64,000 nt of DNA from Escherichia coli (GTDB lineage Bacteria; Pseudomonadota; Gammaproteobacteria; Enterobacterales; Enterobacteriaceae): NCBI RefSeq assembly GCF_030384885.1, contig NZ_CP128615.1; one strand, written 5' to 3'. Shown here in pieces: positions 60,196-64,000 of this stretch; within the stretch, counting starts at the first letter, position 1, and every line of letters begins with the position of its first letter. The notes beneath the pieces were generated by a model. The model ran no database searches. It saw only the letters and a program-made list of their open reading frames with translations, and had not been told where the DNA came from. The position numbers and the translations under genes are program-made.

Positions 60196-60833
60196 AACAG
60201 CTCCTCATAGGCACTCAGTGGTCGATGTTCCACCTGACTGACCTGCTGCCAGAGCGGGGCGTGATGCTCCGGCACTGTCTGCCAGCCAGACGATGCCGGA
60301 CAGAGGCGATGTGAGGCCACCAGTTTCTCATTACTGTAGATCCGCAACTCGTCATCCAGCGATATTCGTATCGATACTGGCTGACCACACAGCGCTTCGG
60401 GAACGCTGTAACGATTACCACCAACCTCGATATAGCTGTCCCAGGACACATGGCGGATGTCGAAGTAACTGGTATCGAAGTCCGTATCCGGTAACGGCTG
60501 CAGATGTTCCTGCTCCAGCGCGAAGCGCTGTTCCGGCGTTTCTTTGAACTGGCGAAGCTCCCGTTTGTCAGCCACATCGGCTATCCATTGCTCCAGTTGT
60601 TGATTAACATGAGTGAAGCTGTCGAACCTGCGGTACCGGACGAAGAAGTTCTCCTTGAGGTATTTCACCATCCGCTCAACCTTACCTTTTGTTCTGGCCC
60701 TGCGTGGACGGCATGCCCGTGGCAGGAAGTTATAGTGGTCGGCCAGCAACAGGAATCCGGAGTTGAACACGACTTTCCCGTTGTTATTCTTCAGCACCGC
60801 AGCCTTCTGGTTATCAACCAGCACCGTTTTCAC
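60192..60833 (-). pseudogene. istA: IS21-family IstA transposase, C-terminal 213 codons only
   Basis: ORF ...[23 protein letters not shown]...; overlaps istB start. Confidence 0.75.
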
Positions 60834-61020
60834 ACAACCACCGAATTTGATCCCTGAAAACTGTCAGCGCTGCGAGGACGAAGAAAGTATTACGGCTAAA
60901 GCCGTAATACCTCCCCATCCAGCTTCAAGCTATGTAGAAACTTATGTGGGTAGAGCAGTCCCGACAGGGCAGTACCGCATTGACAGGCCGTCAGGGCCAC
61001 TTACGAGCTTGTATGACAAG

Positions 61021-61058
61021 GGGGGCCGTCTGGATATAGCGAATTATTGTACGGTAAG
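61021..61058. repeat. Tn3-family-like 38-bp inverted-repeat sequence, isolated
   Basis: GGGGGCCGTCTGGATATAGCGAATTATTGTACGGTAAG, about 80 percent identical to the IR at 34791-34828. Confidence 0.5.
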
Positions 61059-61394
61059 CCTTTTTTGAACAGCCTTACCTATTGCTATAGAGGGGAACTC
61101 CTACGTTATACGCCGCTTTCAGGGGATTCGACCTTAATGAGACAACTCAAATATGATCGACAACTTAAACGCGATAGTTGCTGATAAAATCAATCCATTA
61201 CGCGTTTCAATTGATTAAATAATGCACTTAATGTACAAAAATTCCCGATCTCAAAACTGAACCCTAAAGATACCAGGCATCTCCCCCAGGAAGCGCCCTC
61301 ATGCGTTTTCCTGTTCCGCCCCTGCCACCTACCTTCTGTTTCATACTTGTTGTATTATTGTTTTTGTTTTCAATCCCCAAGGAGACGTCGCTAT

Positions 61395-61562
61395 ATGACT
61401 GTGCGGGAGACAGAGGAAAACATTGAACAAATCTTCCCTGAGCTTTCGAACTTAATTGATATTATTAATAAATGGCTTTCCCATGGAAACATTGATCCTG
61501 AACTGGCACACTTCATCATTTATCTTCTTGATTACCTAACCACCACACACAAAAGCATATAA
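61395..61562 (+). CDS. small hypothetical protein (55 aa)
   Basis: MTVRETEENIEQIFPELSNLIDIINKWLSHGNIDPELAHFIIYLLDYL...; followed by a strong terminator; RBS weak. Confidence 0.35.
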   Translation: MTVRETEENIEQIFPELSNLIDIINKWLSHGNIDPELAHFIIYLLDYLTTTHKSI

Positions 61563-61677
61563 AAATTTTCCTTGCACATCCATTTTTTTGCGAATATTAT
61601 TATTCCTGCTGAATATGATTCAATATCGCACGCTACTCATCCATCCCAGGATAATGAGTACATAGGTTGAAGTTTCA

Positions 61678-61705
61678 ACACCCCCATTACGGGGGTGTTT
61701 TTTTT
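61678..61705 (+). terminator. rho-independent terminator
   Basis: ACACCCCCATTACGGGGGTGT followed by T8. Confidence 0.7.
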
Positions 61706-61823
61706 ACCAATAAACACAAATCACACCATCGCCATACTCTGTTTGCCAGACATCGATTGGTAAATATGCGTAACTCGCTATAATACAAAAAGAAAAATCA
61801 GAACCAGAAACCAGTTTCCAGAT

Positions 61824-61850
61824 AAAAAACACCCTCCCGAAGGAGGGGAC
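61824..61850 (-). terminator. rho-independent terminator (minus strand)
   Basis: reverse complement of CCCTCC-CGAA-GGAGGG hairpin followed by a T-run. Confidence 0.6.
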
Positions 61851-62180
61851 AGACACATTCATATTTCCCAAAACAGGAATTTTTATTTTTATGACGCATT
61901 AATGAAGTTACTTCATCTCCAGTAGATTAACTTCATTTAAAGTGGCGATCAATCATATTTATTACGACTCTAAACTATTACAACAACCACAATAAGATAT
62001 CACCTCAAATATAAAAGATAACTCTTACAAAAACGTTCCGAAAACAAAAAATACAGATAAACACCAATAAAAAACAGAAAACTCTTACACATTTAAAGAT
62101 GGTAAAATAATATAGAACTGTTAGTCTAATGGAGAAGGCGCATCTGATTCAGAGCAATCTATTGCGAAGAATCAGAGTAA

Positions 62181-62219
62181 CAGGGCCCCATGATATAATC
62201 ATGGGGCCCTGTTGCTTTT
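62181..62219. terminator. strong near-perfect hairpin, possibly a bidirectional terminator
   Basis: CAGGGCCCCATGA-TATAA-TCATGGGGCCCTG followed by TTGCTTTT. Confidence 0.6.
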
Positions 62220-62463
62220 ACAGATGTAAAAACGACCAATCATTTAACATCTGTTATCGGCACCGCCCCGGACGGGTTCGGCGCAAATATGGTATGGTAC
62301 CAGCCCGGCAATTCACCTGCCGTGCAATCTGACGAAGCAGTACCGGCGTATGCAGATATATCGTCCAGACATATCTGCCGCATTCAGGCGGTGAGTAAAG
62401 CCTTCTCTCTCAAAAGAGGAGCAACAGTTATCCACAGATTCTGGGGATAACTGCGAAAAGAAT

Positions 62464-62604
62464 ATGTGCCAGGAAAGTCGGCTCCCGGGAAAAAGACCGC
62501 TGGCGGCGCAGCTGCTGGATACGAAAGCTGAGCTGAAAGGATCCCGGGAGGACGTCCGTAAACTTCAGTCCCTGGCCCGTCATGACGGGAAGGTGAAAAA
62601 GTGA
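62464..62604 (+). CDS. small hypothetical protein (46 aa)
   Basis: MCQESRLPGKRPLAAQLLDTKAELKGSREDVRKLQSLARHDGKVKK; stop overlaps GTG start of the next ORF (GTGA); below the ORF-track cutoff. Confidence 0.3.
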   Translation: MCQESRLPGKRPLAAQLLDTKAELKGSREDVRKLQSLARHDGKVKK

Positions 62605-63242
62605 ATGCGGATACCTGGACCCGCCTGCAGGCCTTCCGACATGCTCTGGAGCTGACTTCCTGTGAGGCTTCTCTCACCGCCGGGTATGATCACCTGAAGG
62701 ATTTCCCGGCCGGTTGCAGCGAGCTGGCCAGCCAGACGCTGACTGATTATCTGACGGAAGACGGCAGCAACCTGTACTCCTGTATTGTCGGTATGCAGTG
62801 GGATAATGGTCCTGGCAGATACGGCCACGTCATTGCCGCCCCTGCCAGGGACTATATCGACCTGACCCTTGATCAGTTTCCAGGCTATCATAACCGGATT
62901 GTGGCAGAGCCCGTTGAGTCCGGCGGACAGCTCGCGGCAGACCTCAACAGGGAGCCTGCCATCAGTACAGCTGATGGAATAGTGGCCAGCGCATCAGATA
63001 AGGTTAATTACATTACTGAACAGAAAAATCGCCAGCCAATGGTGATCATTACAGAATGTTACAAGCTGATCAGAATAACGGCAAGATTTATACCAATGTG
63101 CCAGTCATCTCAACTCTTCCAGCACCAGGTATTCCCTCGCTTATTTATCATTTCAGACGTTGGCTCCTGCAGTTTGTCCAGGAACACCTTAGATCGTTTA
63201 GCTACTGACTGGAAGGTGACACTGTCCATCCTGTCGCTATAG
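62601..63242 (+). CDS. hypothetical protein (GTG start; 3' part may be spurious)
   Basis: 213-aa ORF; N-terminal ~150 aa look protein-like; 3' end overlaps a convergent ORF. Confidence 0.35.
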   Translation: MNADTWTRLQAFRHALELTSCEASLTAGYDHLKDFPAGCSELASQTLTDYLTEDGSNLYSCIVGMQWDNGPGRYGHVIAAPARDYIDLTLDQFPGYHNRIVAEPVESGGQLAADLNREPAISTADGIVASASDKVNYITEQKNRQPMVIITECYKLIRITARFIPMCQSSQLFQHQVFPRLFIISDVGSCSLSRNTLDRLATDWKVTLSILSL

Positions 63243-63430
63243 GGCTTGATATAAACCTGGCAGGCAAGGGATCTGGTTAACTCCTTTCCTTCCATAAAGT
63301 GTTTGAAGATCCAGAGATACGTATCCACAAGCTCCAGCCCTGTACTCTGTGTCCCCGACTGGAAGACCTGCGGTTCAGCTGGTATTTCCGTTACATCCAT
63401 GACCGGTGTCTGCGCAGCAGTGCCTGTCAT
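63110..63430 (-). CDS. hypothetical protein (106 aa)
   Basis: ORF convergent with and overlapping 62601-63242; no recognisable motif. Confidence 0.3.
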   Translation of the reverse strand: MTGTAAQTPVMDVTEIPAEPQVFQSGTQSTGLELVDTYLWIFKHFMEGKELTRSLACQVYIKPYSDRMDSVTFQSVAKRSKVFLDKLQEPTSEMINKRGNTWCWKS

Positions 63431-64000
63431 CAGGATCCTGTCACTCTTTCGACCGACAGCTTATGGCATACAGTTGGGCTCGTAAGATCCAGAGTCAATA
63501 ACTGACAGGGTTTATTCTGTCATCCTCCGGCAACAAAGGCATATACGATATTCACTTATTTTGTCGGCCCAACGGCTTTTTACAGTAGCTCGTTTTGCCC
63601 AACTGATGCTACAGCTCTTTGGTTTGCTTCATCACGGATATCAGCTCCGACACAGGCACAGCTGACTGGTTGCAACGTCTGCACTTCTCTGGACCTGAAA
63701 CGTCAATTATCAGGATTCTGACGATTAGTCTTAAGACTGTCGGTAAATTAAGTGATGCCAGTTGTCAGGATATTCATGGAGCCAGTCTGCATGCGCCTCT
63801 GGCGTTGAGACAAACATATGAAGTGTATTTCGGATATGACTGTACGCTCAGGAAGTACGGCAGATTCCGTCAAAAATTACCTGTAAAGACAGACTTCAGA
63901 AAAAACAGTGCTCGCCGCAGACCGGTGACCGGGCGAAGCCCGCGAACCGGCGAGGAAGCGCAATATATCTGTAGTTACAGTGAGCAGGTACGCCCTGAAG

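Overview
Mosaic accessory region of a large enterobacterial plasmid (IncFIB-like Rep_3 backbone; host genus not determinable from sequence alone). All calls come from reading the sequence and the ORF track against recalled family motifs; no database search, HMM or folding was run, and IS/transposon names are recollections. Left third (1-22.4 kb) is a phage-defence island: an OLD-family ATPase/Toprim nuclease with an overlapping compact UvrD-like helicase (Gabija-like), a vagCD toxin-antitoxin, a nested IS3-family/IS110-family insertion, and a complete type 1 BREX locus on the minus strand (brxR-brxA-brxB-brxC-[GmrSD-like type IV restriction enzyme]-pglX-pglZ-brxL). Middle (22.6-45.6 kb) is an IS-rich resistance region: IS1 copies, three IS903-like copies, a Tn1721-derived tet(A)/tetR module lacking one end, and an intact 6705-bp Tn5393 (tnpA-tnpR-IS1133-strA-strB) inserted inside one IS903 copy with a 5-bp ATAGC duplication. 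Right third (45.6-64 kb) is plasmid backbone: an IS1-truncated second Rep_3 replicon with an orphan 37-bp iteron array, a group II intron, umuDC with a LexA box, P1-type parAB with a parS-like site, an intact Rep_3 repA with a 36-bp iteron array, a three-gene operon ending in a frameshifted tyrosine recombinase, and a second vagC whose vagD is truncated by an IS21-family remnant. The best candidates for something undescribed are the unusually short OLD/UvrD pair, the recombinase operon with two unrecognised proteins, and several structured noncoding regions and small ORF cassettes; none could be assigned a function from sequence alone.
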